64,000 nt of DNA from Deferribacterales bacterium (GTDB lineage: Bacteria > Chrysiogenota > Deferribacteres > Deferribacterales > Geovibrionaceae). The notes under the pieces were generated by a model. The model had not been told where the DNA came from. It was given only the letters and a program-made list of their open reading frames with translations, and did no database searches. The stretch spans positions 416,001 through 480,000 of the forward strand of contig JBFWJS010000001.1 in NCBI GenBank assembly GCA_050253075.1, read 5' to 3'. Of the stretch, positions 29,339-41,200 are shown in pieces; positions within the stretch are counted from its first letter, which is position 1, and each line of letters begins with the position of its first letter. Position numbers and translations under genes: made by a program.

Positions 29339-30669
29339 TGGAACAGATAAGAAGGACACCACCACACAATAAAGAGGCGGAGCAGGCAGTTCTGGCTGCT
29401 ATCCTCATAGACGATCAGGCACTGGATAAGGTGATAGACAAAGTGCGCTCTGAGGATTTCTACATCCCCGGGCATCAGTATCTCTACACTCGCATCCTGA
29501 AACTGCAGGAAGCGGGAAAGCCTGTGGATGTCGTCACCCTGCTGGGCTCTATGACAGACGAAGAGCTGACAAAAGCGGGCGGTGTGGACTATGTTTCTGC
29601 TCTGGTGGACATCCTCCCTTCGTCTGCGAATGTCGCATACTATGCCGATACTGTCAGGGACAAATCGGTCCTCCGCCAGCTGATAGGCATGTCTGCGGAG
29701 ATAGCCGAATCATGCTATATCTCAGACGGCGAAGTGGAAGATGTTGTCGAGACGGCGGAGAAGCGCATTTTCAGCCTTGCAGAAAAGAAGCTGAACTCAA
29801 ACGCACGCACCATCGGCTCGCTAATACCTCAGACAATAGACAGCCTCGACAGGCTTTATCAGAATAAAAATATCCTTTCGGGGATCACCACGGGTTTTAA
29901 AGATTTCAATGATATCACCAGTGGCTTACAGCGTTCTGACCTTATCATCATAGCAGGACGTCCCGGTATGGGTAAGACAGCATTCGCTCTGAATGTGGCT
30001 CTCAATGCTGCATACAGCGACGATAATAAATCAGTCGCCTTCTTTACACTGGAGATGTCGTCCCAGCAGCTCGTACAGCGTCTTCTTTCCGCCACGGCGC
30101 AGATAGAATCCGCAAAGCTGAGAAGCGGTCATTTCACCATGGAAGACTGGCAGAAGCTCAGTGCCGTCGGAGGCGAGCTTTCAAGTATAAACTTCTTCCT
30201 CGATGATACACCTGCCATCAACCCGCTGGAACTGAGGGCAAAATGCCGAAGGATAAAGCGTGAGCACGGGCTTGATCTCGTATTTGTGGATTACCTTCAG
30301 CTCATGAGCTCCACCAAAGGGGACAACAGGGAACAGCAGATTTCTGATATTTCCCGTTCGCTTAAGGCTCTGGCAAAAGAGCTCGACATACCTATCGTGG
30401 CGCTCTCACAGCTTAACCGAGGTGTGGAGCAGAGGCAGGAGAAGCGTCCTATGATTTCCGACCTTCGAGAATCAGGAGCCATCGAGCAGGATGCGGATAT
30501 GATCATCTTCCTTTACCGTGACGAGGTGTATACGAAGGATAAATGCCTTAAACCCGGCGTTGCCGAGGTTATCATCGCAAAGCACAGGCACGGCGCAACA
30601 GCAGACATCGAGCTTGCATTTATGAAGGAATACATGCAGTTCCGTGATATCGCCAGAGGGAATTATTAA
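29338..30669 (+). CDS. dnaB: Replicative DNA helicase
   Basis: PPHNKEAEQAVL, AGRPGMGKT, VDYLQL, SQLNR and DLRESGAIEQDAD. No intein. Confidence 0.98.
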   Translation: MEQIRRTPPHNKEAEQAVLAAILIDDQALDKVIDKVRSEDFYIPGHQYLYTRILKLQEAGKPVDVVTLLGSMTDEELTKAGGVDYVSALVDILPSSANVAYYADTVRDKSVLRQLIGMSAEIAESCYISDGEVEDVVETAEKRIFSLAEKKLNSNARTIGSLIPQTIDSLDRLYQNKNILSGITTGFKDFNDITSGLQRSDLIIIAGRPGMGKTAFALNVALNAAYSDDNKSVAFFTLEMSSQQLVQRLLSATAQIESAKLRSGHFTMEDWQKLSAVGGELSSINFFLDDTPAINPLELRAKCRRIKREHGLDLVFVDYLQLMSSTKGDNREQQISDISRSLKALAKELDIPIVALSQLNRGVEQRQEKRPMISDLRESGAIEQDADMIIFLYRDEVYTKDKCLKPGVAEVIIAKHRHGATADIELAFMKEYMQFRDIARGNY

Positions 30670-31736
30670 TGAAGATATTAGTAACGGGCACAGCCGGATT
30701 CGTAGGACATTATGTCGGGAAATACCTCTCCGCTAGGGGAGATACTGTCGTAGGCATCGACTGCATAAACGATTATTACGATGTAAATCTGAAATACGGA
30801 CGCCTCGCCGATGCGGGATTTGATGCGGAAAAGATACGCAGTGCGTCACCCGACGATGTTTTCACATCATCCGAATACAGCCAATACACATTCATAAAAA
30901 TGGATATGACAGACCTCGCAAGGCTGGACAACCTGTTTAAATACGGACAGTTCGACCGTGTGATAAACCTCGCGGCACAGCCTGGGGTCAGATATTCTCT
31001 GGAGAATCCGCACGCATACATCAATGCAAACATTCAGGGGTTTATGAATATCCTCGAGTGCTGCAGACACCATAAAGTAGAGCATCTGGTATATGCCAGC
31101 AGCTCGTCCGTTTACGGTCTGAATGAATCACAGCCGTTTAAAACCACAGACAATGTAGACCACCCTATAAGCCTCTATGCGGCTACCAAAAAGTCAAACG
31201 AGCTCATGGCGCATACATACAGCCACCTTTACAATCTGCCGACCACGGGTCTGCGCTTTTTCACGGTTTACGGGCCATGGGGGCGTCCAGATATGGCGGT
31301 CTTTATGTTTACAAAGGCGATATTCGAAGGGAAGGCTATCGATGTTTACAACAACGGAAACATGAGCAGAGACTTCACATACATCGACGACATAGTCGAA
31401 GGTATCGTCCGCACGATGGACAACCCGCCGAAAGGGAACGAGAAATGGTCGGGCATGGACCCTGACCCGGGCTCCTCTATAGCACCTTATAAGATATACA
31501 ACATCGGCAGGAACGCACCAGTGAACCTGATGGACTTCATAGCATCAATAGAGAAGAACTCAGGCAGAAAAGCCGAAAAGAGGATGATGCCTCTACAGCC
31601 GGGGGACGTGCAGTCCACATACGCAGACGTAGGCGACCTCATCGCCGACACGGGCTATAGACCGAAGGTCAGCATAGACGAAGGCATGGCAAAGTTCGTC
31701 GAGTGGTACGTCGATTTCTACAACATAGCTAAGTGA
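30669..31736 (+). CDS. NAD-dependent epimerase (UDP-glucuronate 4-epimerase family)
   Basis: GTAGFVG, LAAQPGVRYS, ASSSSVYG, YAATK and RFFTVYGPWGRPDMA motifs. Confidence 0.92.
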   Translation: MKILVTGTAGFVGHYVGKYLSARGDTVVGIDCINDYYDVNLKYGRLADAGFDAEKIRSASPDDVFTSSEYSQYTFIKMDMTDLARLDNLFKYGQFDRVINLAAQPGVRYSLENPHAYINANIQGFMNILECCRHHKVEHLVYASSSSVYGLNESQPFKTTDNVDHPISLYAATKKSNELMAHTYSHLYNLPTTGLRFFTVYGPWGRPDMAVFMFTKAIFEGKAIDVYNNGNMSRDFTYIDDIVEGIVRTMDNPPKGNEKWSGMDPDPGSSIAPYKIYNIGRNAPVNLMDFIASIEKNSGRKAEKRMMPLQPGDVQSTYADVGDLIADTGYRPKVSIDEGMAKFVEWYVDFYNIAK

Positions 31737-32210
31737 TCACTCCATAGGGAGCAGCGCATAGCCCTTGTTCTGATACCCGATGAGGGACACATATCCGTTC
31801 TCCACCACTGTCAGCTTCGGGATTATCTCACTGGGCGATATCTTTAATAGCCTGAGCGCAACAGCGCACTGCTCGAGCCTTACGCCCTTTTCGGACAGCT
31901 TATTTATCAGCGCATATACGTCCTTTTGTATCTCTGCATCTCTGTCGTCCAGCATAGCTCGGGAATCCATCATAAACTCTGATGCTACACCCCGCACAGC
32001 CACCACAACGTCAGCCTTAACGCCGTATTTCTCGATATTTTCGATAGTTTCCAAAATGAGCGACAGCCTCAGACGCAGCTTTTTCCCTTCACCCTGATTC
32101 AGGTCTACGACAAACTTAGCCGTATCCAGACCGGATATAGAAGCAGGCGCAGCCGCATATGCAGGGACTATCAGAGCCAGTGTTAAAAGAATAAATAAGA
32201 GCTTTTTCAT
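31737..32210 (-). CDS. Exported DsrE-like family protein
   Basis: Signal peptide, then GVRLEQCAVAL and VENGYVSLIGYQNKGYA at the C-terminus. Confidence 0.75.
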   Translation of the reverse strand: MKKLLFILLTLALIVPAYAAAPASISGLDTAKFVVDLNQGEGKKLRLRLSLILETIENIEKYGVKADVVVAVRGVASEFMMDSRAMLDDRDAEIQKDVYALINKLSEKGVRLEQCAVALRLLKISPSEIIPKLTVVENGYVSLIGYQNKGYALLPME

Positions 32211-32276
32211 AGTCGCACCTCTAATAATACTTAATTTAAGAGGCGAACGGTTTTAAACAAGATTAATTTTATCTGA

Positions 32277-33044
32277 TTAGATGTCTATTCTGATGAGAGG
32301 TGTTTCTCTGCGGAGTATTTCCGTGGGGACTTTATAGTTATTTGTACAGAAATCTGCGTATGTGCCGAGCAGGTCGTAGCAGTTGTTCTCGTCGCTCACA
32401 TGGGCGAAGAATATGCGCCCTACCCCCGTGTCGCATATGGAGCCGACCAGCTTCAGGGCATCTCTGTTTGAGAGGTGTCCTTTATGGGACGATATCCTGT
32501 TTTGAAGATATTTCGGGTATGGTCCGTTGGCGAGCATCTCAGGCTCGTAGTTAGACTCGAGCACTAGTAAGTCACTGCAGCAGAGGAAGTATTCAGTATC
32601 TTTCGGTACGGTGCCGAGGTCTGTTGCGAAGGTGACTACCTTCTCCCCGAACTGAAAGCGGTATCCGAAGGGCTCTGCCGAGTCGTGGCTGATATTGAAA
32701 GGATGAACGCTGAATCCGCCGAGCTCGTATTCTTCCCCTCCGTGGAGGATGTAAAAATGCGAAACGTCGTGCCCCTTTTCGCCTATGGCATCTGCTGTGC
32801 CGTGGCTGAGGTAGACTTTCGGTTCGAACCTGTTCAGGAAAGGTTTCAGCCCTGCTATGTGGTCGTGGTGTTCGTGTGTGATGAAAAGGTGAACCTGTTT
32901 CCCTGCGAAGGAATCAATGTCTACGCATTCCTTAATGGCTTTCAGCGGGATACCCACATCGACAAATACGACATGCTCGCCGTTTTCGATGAAGTAGCAG
33001 TTGCCAGAACTGCCCGATGACACACAGGAAAATGTGAGGCTCAA
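32277..33044 (-). CDS. MBL-fold metallo-hydrolase (YycJ/WalJ-like)
   Basis: SGSSGN, THEHHDH, SHD, TDLG, LESNY and GHLSN motifs. Confidence 0.9.
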   Translation of the reverse strand: MSLTFSCVSSGSSGNCYFIENGEHVVFVDVGIPLKAIKECVDIDSFAGKQVHLFITHEHHDHIAGLKPFLNRFEPKVYLSHGTADAIGEKGHDVSHFYILHGGEEYELGGFSVHPFNISHDSAEPFGYRFQFGEKVVTFATDLGTVPKDTEYFLCCSDLLVLESNYEPEMLANGPYPKYLQNRISSHKGHLSNRDALKLVGSICDTGVGRIFFAHVSDENNCYDLLGTYADFCTNNYKVPTEILRRETPLIRIDI

Positions 33045-33607
33045 ACCAGTCCCTCGTTCTTTTTGAAAAATGTGACTGCGGATATGAACATGGCAGTTAA
33101 TCCTATGACGGCCTTTTCAGCGGGGTGGACATCCAGCCCGAAGAACGCCAGCCATAAAAATGCAGTGAGAAGCATGCTGCCGAAGGATATCCAGCGGTAA
33201 GTGCGAAGCCCCTTTATCTGCCAGAAGCCGCTGCGCACCGGGCGGAAATACATCACCTGTATGATAAAGATCATCATAACTGCGGCTATCCCCTTGTCCA
33301 TCCCCGATCCGTTCACGGCGTACAGTACCAGCACCCATAAGAGTATCAGGGTGAATACCAGCTTTGTCATAAACAGGAAAGGTCTGGATAACAGATAGTC
33401 GAGCATCTTCGTCACAGGGTTTCCAAAGGTTATCTCGGAATCTATGTATGCCTTTGACATTACGGTCAGAAGCAGGAGGAGAAGCATGGCCGGGATATCC
33501 GCACCCGCAGTGATGCCCAGTATCGGCACCCAGAAGGGTATCAGATAAAACACGAAGCAAAGACCGAATAGAGGATTTGAAATGATATATCCTAACAGCG
33601 GGCTCAC
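33041..33607 (-). CDS. Hypothetical integral membrane protein
   Basis: About six hydrophobic segments. Overlaps both neighbouring genes by 4 nt. Confidence 0.7.
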   Translation of the reverse strand: MSPLLGYIISNPLFGLCFVFYLIPFWVPILGITAGADIPAMLLLLLLTVMSKAYIDSEITFGNPVTKMLDYLLSRPFLFMTKLVFTLILLWVLVLYAVNGSGMDKGIAAVMMIFIIQVMYFRPVRSGFWQIKGLRTYRWISFGSMLLTAFLWLAFFGLDVHPAEKAVIGLTAMFISAVTFFKKNEGLV

Positions 33608-36165
33608 TTGTTTGCCTTCTCCTTAAGCTCGTTTAATATGTTCAGCGCCTGTATGGGTGTCAGAGCGTTCACGTCGAGAGCTTTCAGCTCGTCTACAACG
33701 GGATGGTCGTCGAATACCAGCATGGTCTGCACAACGCCCGCCTCGTGCTTCTTCTTCTCTTTTTTCGGGGTGTTTGCCATCCCCTGCGGAGAGAGTTCGT
33801 TCTTTTCAAGGTTTCGCAGGATGTCGTTTGCCCTGCCGATAACTTCCTTCGGCAGTCCAGCCAGCTCCGCCACGTGGATACCGTAGCTTTTGTCTGCCGT
33901 TCCCGCACGCACCTTACGCATGAAGATAAGCTGTCCTTCGTGCTCCGCAACCTCTGTTGCACAGTTTTTTACGCCATCGGTGCTGTGGCTGATATCTGTC
34001 AGCTCGTGATAGTGGGTTGCGAAAAGGGTTTTGGCGTTTATGTGGTCGGCGATATATTCTGCGACGGACCATGCGATCGATACACCGTCGAATGTCGATG
34101 TACCCCGCCCGATCTCGTCTAGGATGATCAGTGATTTGTCTGTGGCATTGTTGAGGATGTTGGCTGTCTCCACCATCTCCACCATAAAGGTCGATTCGCC
34201 CCCTGCGAGGTTGTCGCTTGCTCCCACACGGGTGAAGATACGGTCCACAATGCCTATCTCCGCCTCGGAAGCAGGGACGTATGAGCCGATATGCGCCATA
34301 AGTGTTATGAGGGCGCACATGCGGAGGTAAGTCGATTTACCCGCCATGTTCGGCCCTGTGATGATGGTCAGACGGCTTTTGTCTATGTCCATCTCTATGT
34401 CGTTCGGCACGTATGCGGTGGATATATTCTTTTCCACCACGGGGTGACGCCCGTCTTTGATGATGATGTCGTCGAATGCGCCGACCAGCGGTTTGCGGTA
34501 GTCGTTTGCCACTGCTGCCTTCGCAAGGGAGAGCAGACAGTCCAGCTCGGACACTGTACCAGCGGATGCTCTCAGCCTCGCTGTGCTTTCGGCAACTTTC
34601 GTACGTATCTCGGAAAAGAGCTCATGCTCGAGGTTTACAAGCCTTGAGTCTGCGTGGAGGATCTTTTCCTCCAGATCTTTCAGCTCGGGGATAATGAAAC
34701 GCTCAGCGTTCACCAGCGTCTGTTTGCGGATGTAGTCGTCGGGCACACGGTTCAGGTGCGCTTTTGATATCTCTATATAGTATCCGAAAACCTTGTTGAA
34801 CTTCACTTTCAGGTTCGGGATGTTTGTCCTTGTCTTCTGCTCTGCTTCTATCTTCAGCAGTATCTGACGGCTGTTTTCTTTTATGTTTTTCAGCTCGTCC
34901 ACTTCGGCATTATAGCCCTTCTTTATCAGTCCGCCCTCTGTGATGGTCACCGGCGGTTCGTCCTCTATCGCCTCTTCTATCCGGTCTGTGATGTCCTTCA
35001 GGTCGTCAAAGGCTTCGTGCAGGTCTTTGATGTGCGGATTCTCACAGGATGAGAGCATGTATTTGATGGTGGGGAATGTCTCTGTGGAGTTCTTCAGCCA
35101 TACGAGGTCACGGGCGTTGCATCTGTTTGCGGACAGCCTTGTGGTGATGCGCTCAATGTCGTAAACACGCTCGAGCTGGTCACGCAGTGCTTCCGCCGTG
35201 GTCTGGCTGTTTATGAAGTATTCTATGATCTCCTGCCTGCGGAGGATAGCGTTTGTATTCCTTAGGGGGCTTATCAGCCACTTTTTCAGTGTGCGCGCAC
35301 CCATTGTGGTCTTCGTGTGGTTCAGCACGCTGTAAAGGGTGTCTTTCTCCGATCCGTCACGGCTGTTTCTGGTGAGCTCCAGCGTGGATACGGCCACGTT
35401 GTCGAGGTATACACGCTCTTCGTCCGTTACCAGCTTCGGCTTCAGCAGTGCGACGTCCAGCATCACCCTCTGCATGTACTTTATCGCCATATAGATAGGC
35501 GCAGCGTATGAGATATTGTCCAGCCCGAGTGACTTCATGGCACCCACGCTGTAGTGCTCCATTACCTCACGGGATGCGAGGGATTCGGAAAATGTTCCGC
35601 CGAATTCAAAAGCATTCGGTATGTCGGAGCGGTAGTTTGTGATTATCTCTTTCGGTGCGTATCTGCCGATGATGTCTCTTACACCGTCTGATTCGCATTT
35701 TTCAAGGTAGACCTCGCCTGTGGAGAGGTCTGTGAATGCGATATATGTTTTTTCGCCTTTGAATACGGTGGCGAGGTAGTTGTTATCCGTAGCGGGGAGA
35801 GCGGCATCGTCTATCACAGTGCCCGGTGTATGTACCTTTGTGACGCCCCTTTTCACTATCCCTTTCGCCTGTGCGGGGTCTTCGAGCTGGTCGCATATGG
35901 CGACGTTCTTACCCGCTTTCAGCATTTTCACCAGATAGTTCTGATAGCTGTGGTGTGGCACGCCGCACATGGGCATACCGCCGTCTTTATTTTTATCTCT
36001 GCTGGTGAGGGCTATGCCGAGTATCTTTGAGGCTTCGACGGCATCGTCACCGAACATCTCATAAAAGTCACCCATGCGGAAGAATATGATGGTTTCGGGA
36101 TACTGTTCCTTCACATCATAAAACTGCTGCATCATAGGGGTGATCTTTTCGGGTTTGTCAGACAT
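33604..36165 (-). CDS. mutS: DNA mismatch repair protein MutS
   Basis: TPMMQQF, FRMGDFYE, GPNMAGKST, DEIGRGTST and FATHYHEL motifs. Confidence 0.98.
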   Translation of the reverse strand: MSDKPEKITPMMQQFYDVKEQYPETIIFFRMGDFYEMFGDDAVEASKILGIALTSRDKNKDGGMPMCGVPHHSYQNYLVKMLKAGKNVAICDQLEDPAQAKGIVKRGVTKVHTPGTVIDDAALPATDNNYLATVFKGEKTYIAFTDLSTGEVYLEKCESDGVRDIIGRYAPKEIITNYRSDIPNAFEFGGTFSESLASREVMEHYSVGAMKSLGLDNISYAAPIYMAIKYMQRVMLDVALLKPKLVTDEERVYLDNVAVSTLELTRNSRDGSEKDTLYSVLNHTKTTMGARTLKKWLISPLRNTNAILRRQEIIEYFINSQTTAEALRDQLERVYDIERITTRLSANRCNARDLVWLKNSTETFPTIKYMLSSCENPHIKDLHEAFDDLKDITDRIEEAIEDEPPVTITEGGLIKKGYNAEVDELKNIKENSRQILLKIEAEQKTRTNIPNLKVKFNKVFGYYIEISKAHLNRVPDDYIRKQTLVNAERFIIPELKDLEEKILHADSRLVNLEHELFSEIRTKVAESTARLRASAGTVSELDCLLSLAKAAVANDYRKPLVGAFDDIIIKDGRHPVVEKNISTAYVPNDIEMDIDKSRLTIITGPNMAGKSTYLRMCALITLMAHIGSYVPASEAEIGIVDRIFTRVGASDNLAGGESTFMVEMVETANILNNATDKSLIILDEIGRGTSTFDGVSIAWSVAEYIADHINAKTLFATHYHELTDISHSTDGVKNCATEVAEHEGQLIFMRKVRAGTADKSYGIHVAELAGLPKEVIGRANDILRNLEKNELSPQGMANTPKKEKKKHEAGVVQTMLVFDDHPVVDELKALDVNALTPIQALNILNELKEKANK

Positions 36166-36180
36166 GTCATTCCTTTTTTC

Positions 36181-36241
36181 GTCATTCTGAGCTTTGCGAA
36201 TAATCTGTTATTATCAGATCCTTCACTTTGTTCAGGATGAC
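36181..36241. repeat. CGTC-type REP-like palindromic dimer (copy 2)
   Basis: GTCATTCTGAGCTTTGCGAATAATCTG...CAGATCCTTCACTTTGTTCAGGATGAC. Confidence 0.85.
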
Positions 36242-36249
36242 GTTAATAA

Positions 36250-37239
36250 TCATATTGGTTTTAAAGTTTCAAAGCCCTGACATTTAGGACAGGTATCGGT
36301 ATATTCCTTTGTGCCTTTTCCGCAGGAGGAACATTTGTACAGATCCGCATTCTCAAGGTATTTTGCGAGCATCGCATTCGGAGATACGGCGAGTGAAGCA
36401 CGGGCTATGTTGTTATTAAACCCGAACTTTTCGATATATCTGTCTATCATCTCCTGAGCCTTTTCACTATTTTGCCCGTGGAGAAATCGTGAGACTGCGT
36501 ATGTATAGATGAACGGGTTTGAAGAACCCGCCTGTATGCGTTTGATAACTATGCGCATGAGCTCCTCTGTGCGTCCGAGGTCGTAAAAAACAGACTGGAA
36601 TTTTGTCATGTCTGCGTCGGATGCGGGGAGGTCTGCGGAGAGGAAATGTTCTATCTCCACCATTGCCTTAGACTGCTTTGATATGCTGAGCATGTTGTCT
36701 ATCTGTATCATGCTGACACAGCGGGAGTTCGGTATGTATTTCTGTGCTGTTTTCAGGAATTTGCTCTGACGTGAGCCTGTGGAATCCATAGCACATCTGT
36801 AGAAGCAGTAGCCTATCTCAGGGTCGAGATTCATCCTTTCATTCTTAGCCAGGGCTTTATAAGTGTTTGCCGCTTCTTCATATTTATTCAGTTTTCTGAG
36901 GGTCTTCGCACGTAGCAGTATGCCCTCTCTGTCTGTTGTCATCTCGAGGAGCGAATGGGCTATGGTATAGTTGCCCGCTTCGAACATAACACGTCCGAGC
37001 TCCACGGTGAGAGCCCTTTTTGTGGATGAGTCTATGTCTGCACTGCGAAGTATGCTTTCGAGCACGTATGTGGCACGGTCGTACTGTTTATTCTTACGAA
37101 AGACGAGCCCCGCCGCAAAGTATGCCTCTATGCGGTCGCTCTTTTCCAGAGCGGCATTTTTGAGGTGAACGGAGGCTTTTTCATAGTTCCCCTCCGTCAG
37201 GGCAGAAAGTCCTTTGATGAATTCAATACTGTATTTCAA
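36250..37239 (-). CDS. LapB/YciM-like TPR protein with C-terminal rubredoxin-like zinc ribbon
   Basis: TPR-like helices and C-terminal CSSC...CPKC. Directly downstream of a lapA-like gene. Confidence 0.75.
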   Translation of the reverse strand: MKYSIEFIKGLSALTEGNYEKASVHLKNAALEKSDRIEAYFAAGLVFRKNKQYDRATYVLESILRSADIDSSTKRALTVELGRVMFEAGNYTIAHSLLEMTTDREGILLRAKTLRKLNKYEEAANTYKALAKNERMNLDPEIGYCFYRCAMDSTGSRQSKFLKTAQKYIPNSRCVSMIQIDNMLSISKQSKAMVEIEHFLSADLPASDADMTKFQSVFYDLGRTEELMRIVIKRIQAGSSNPFIYTYAVSRFLHGQNSEKAQEMIDRYIEKFGFNNNIARASLAVSPNAMLAKYLENADLYKCSSCGKGTKEYTDTCPKCQGFETLKPI

Positions 37240-37556
37240 AGCACATCCTTCTTTTCGATATCTTTAGCTTCGGTGAAAGGTATGTTGCGGAGGCGTGTCA
37301 TCTCGTCCTCCTGCTTCTTTATGTGTTTCTTCATGCTGCCTATCTGTCTCTTCAGCCTGAATCTGTCGAGGGAGTAAAGCATCCCCGTGAGCAGAACACC
37401 AAAGAGCACGGCGCCGAGTATCACTATGAAAGCAGGGAGTTCCAGCGGCGGTCTGTTATAGAAATAGTTCACCTGCATGGGTGCCGTGTTTAATATGGCG
37501 AAGACGACTATGATGATTGTCGCCGCTATTTTTATTATTCCGCTTATTACTTTCAT
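37236..37556 (-). CDS. LapA-family (DUF1049) membrane protein
   Basis: FAILN motif, two TM segments and a basic coiled-coil tail. Confidence 0.8.
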   Translation of the reverse strand: MKVISGIIKIAATIIIVVFAILNTAPMQVNYFYNRPPLELPAFIVILGAVLFGVLLTGMLYSLDRFRLKRQIGSMKKHIKKQEDEMTRLRNIPFTEAKDIEKKDVL

Positions 37557-38068
37557 TTCGCTGCCTCCAGATCGAACAGTGGTCTGAGTTTATCATAAGT
37601 ATCTGAAATATGCTCGGGCATTACCCTTGTTTCCCCTAGGACAGGCATAAAGTTTGTGTCGCCGTTCCATCTGGGGAGCACGTGAAAATGTATGTGCTGG
37701 CGTATGCCCGCACCTGCGGCCTTACCGAGGTTAAAGCCTGTGTTGAACCCTTCGGGGTTGAATGCTTTTTTGAATACTCTGAGAGCCATCTGTGCGAGCT
37801 GCATCATCTCGAGCAGTTCGTCGTCGTTCAGGTCGCAGAGGTCGCCTGTGTGCTTATATGGGACGACCATGAGGTGTCCGTTGTTGTATGGGTACAGGTT
37901 CATGATGATGAAGTTGTGCCTGCCCCTGTAGAGGATGAGGTTTTCTTTATCCTCTGCTGCGGGCTGTGAAGGGTGGTGGCAGAATACGCATCCGACATCT
38001 TCCTTCGGTTCTGAAATGTATGACATGCGCCATGGCGCCCAAAGTCTTTTTACTCCGCTCTCTTCCAT
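37553..38068 (-). CDS. HIT family hydrolase (Ap4A phosphorylase-like)
   Basis: LWAPWR, CVFC, NLYPYNNGH and HIHFHVLPRWNGDTNF motifs. Confidence 0.92.
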   Translation of the reverse strand: MEESGVKRLWAPWRMSYISEPKEDVGCVFCHHPSQPAAEDKENLILYRGRHNFIIMNLYPYNNGHLMVVPYKHTGDLCDLNDDELLEMMQLAQMALRVFKKAFNPEGFNTGFNLGKAAGAGIRQHIHFHVLPRWNGDTNFMPVLGETRVMPEHISDTYDKLRPLFDLEAAK

Positions 38069-38820
38069 ATGCTGTCCAGCTCCGTAAATACTTCTCCGAT
38101 ACTTTTATTTATCACAATATCCGCTGTGTAGTCCAGCGGCGTTTCGGTCTGATTGATAATAACAAGCTCCGCACCGTGGTCCTTTGCGTATTTCGGCAAA
38201 AGGTTAGCCGGCATAACAGCCAGCGAAGACCCGACCACTATCATAAGCGTACACCCCGCAGCCAGCTCGAATGACTCAGCCAGCACATCCTGCGGGAGCG
38301 ACTCGCCGAAGAAGATGATGTCGGGCTTTATGATCCCTCCGCATGCGCACTCGGGGGTTGCTCCGTCCAGCATGAACTTATCAAACACGGAGTTCGTGTC
38401 GAACTCTGCCCCGCATGCGACGCATGACGCAGTGCTCATTGTGCCGTGGAGCTCCATGACGTTTTCCGACCCTGCTTTGCGGTGGAGCCCGTCTATGTTC
38501 TGTGTAATGACAGCTTTGCTGGCCTTTTGTTGCTCCAGTTTCGAAATAAATCTATGGGCAATGTTCGGCTCGGCGTGCGTGAACGGTGCGAAAAGGTCGC
38601 CTGAGAAGACCTGATAGAACTGTTTCGGGTTCATAAGGAAGCCGTCTATCTCTATCAGCTTGTCCGCATCCATCCTCTCCCACAGCCCGCTTTTGGGCGA
38701 GCGGTAGTCGGGGATGCCGCTTTCGGTGCTTATCCCTGCCCCTGTGAAGAAGATATTGTAAGGATTTTCGGCTATCATCTCAGCCAGCTTTTGTACGCTG
38801 TTCATATATTTATATAACAT
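38050..38820 (-). CDS. cobB: NAD-dependent protein deacylase (Sir2/CobB family)
   Basis: GAGISTESGIPDYR, TQNIDGLH, ELHG, CxxC..CxC and GSSL. Start may be ATG 38805. Confidence 0.92.
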   Translation of the reverse strand: MLYKYMNSVQKLAEMIAENPYNIFFTGAGISTESGIPDYRSPKSGLWERMDADKLIEIDGFLMNPKQFYQVFSGDLFAPFTHAEPNIAHRFISKLEQQKASKAVITQNIDGLHRKAGSENVMELHGTMSTASCVACGAEFDTNSVFDKFMLDGATPECACGGIIKPDIIFFGESLPQDVLAESFELAAGCTLMIVVGSSLAVMPANLLPKYAKDHGAELVIINQTETPLDYTADIVINKSIGEVFTELDSIWKRAE

Positions 38821-38877
38821 AGGGCGGGTTATCTATAAACACTATTAATTTCTACCCGTATCAGCTTAAAAAAATTC

Positions 38878-38906
38878 TTGATTTTTTACACGGCGGTATA
38901 TATAAA
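38878..38906 (+). promoter_or_regulatory. Putative sigma70 promoter of groESL
   Basis: TTGATT-17 nt-TATAAA just upstream of CIRCE. Confidence 0.6.
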
Positions 38907-38915
38907 TAAACACTG

Positions 38916-38942
38916 TTAGCACTCGACACGGCTGAGTGCTAA
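38916..38942 (+). promoter_or_regulatory. CIRCE operator (HrcA binding site)
   Basis: Perfect TTAGCACTC-N9-GAGTGCTAA upstream of groES. Confidence 0.97.
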
Positions 38943-38964
38943 TAAGTCCGAAACAGAGTATAAA

Positions 38965-39000
38965 GTCATACTGGGATGTTTGGCTTACGCTCAGGATGAC
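38965..39000. repeat. Internally shortened REP-like palindrome (copy 3) in the groES leader
   Basis: GTCATACTGGG...GCTCAGGATGAC, sharing terminal arms with the other copies. Confidence 0.65.
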
Positions 39001-39043
39001 AATAAATAAAATAAAAATAAACTAAGTATCAGGAGGAATGACA

Positions 39044-39337
39044 ATGGCATCTATCAGACCTTTACAGGACAGAATCATTGTTAAGCGTGTTGAAGCTGAA
39101 GAAAAGACTGCATCAGGAATTATCATCCCTGACAGTGCAAAAGAGAAACCTTTCGAAGGCGAGATCATAGCCGTAGGCCAGGGCAAGATCTTCGATAACG
39201 GCACAAGAGTAGAGCCTACTGTTAAAGTCGGCGACAAAGTGCTTTTCGCTAAGTATGCAGGCACAGATGTTAAATTTGACGGTGAGGACTACCTCATCAT
39301 GCGTGAAGACGATATCCTCGGTATCATCGAAGCGTAA
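39044..39337 (+). CDS. groES: Co-chaperonin GroES
   Basis: [17 protein letters not shown] and AKEKP motifs, with an AGGAGG Shine-Dalgarno. Confidence 0.98.
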   Translation: MASIRPLQDRIIVKRVEAEEKTASGIIIPDSAKEKPFEGEIIAVGQGKIFDNGTRVEPTVKVGDKVLFAKYAGTDVKFDGEDYLIMREDDILGIIEA

Positions 39338-39350
39338 TAAAGAAATTTCC

Positions 39351-39412
39351 GTCATCCTGAGCGGAGTGAAGGATCTGGTAATCACAGATTCTTCGGCTAG
39401 CCTCAGAATGAC
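39351..39412. repeat. CGTC-type REP-like palindromic dimer (copy 4) between groES and groEL
   Basis: GTCATCCTGAGCGGAGTGAAGGATCTG...CAGATTCTTCGGCTAGCCTCAGAATGAC. Confidence 0.88.
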
Positions 39413-39429
39413 AAAATAGTAAATTATAA

Positions 39430-41097
<1,668 letters not shown>

Positions 41098-41134
41098 GGT
41101 TCATCCATACTTACACATTATAATTAACTATATG

Positions 41135-41174
41135 ATGCTGAGCTGTTATCTATTAATGGCTCAGCATTTTTTTT
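41135..41174 (+). terminator. Rho-independent terminator of groESL
   Basis: ATGCTGAGCTGTTA-loop-TAATGGCTCAGCAT followed by a T-run. Confidence 0.85.
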
Positions 41175-41200
41175 GCCTAAATATACTCGTGACATCTGCA

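Noticed and set aside
38050..38820. Sir2 gene as an anti-phage defence effector
   Set aside because: It is a standard CobB-type deacylase with a zinc-binding subdomain in a housekeeping operon, with no defence partner genes.
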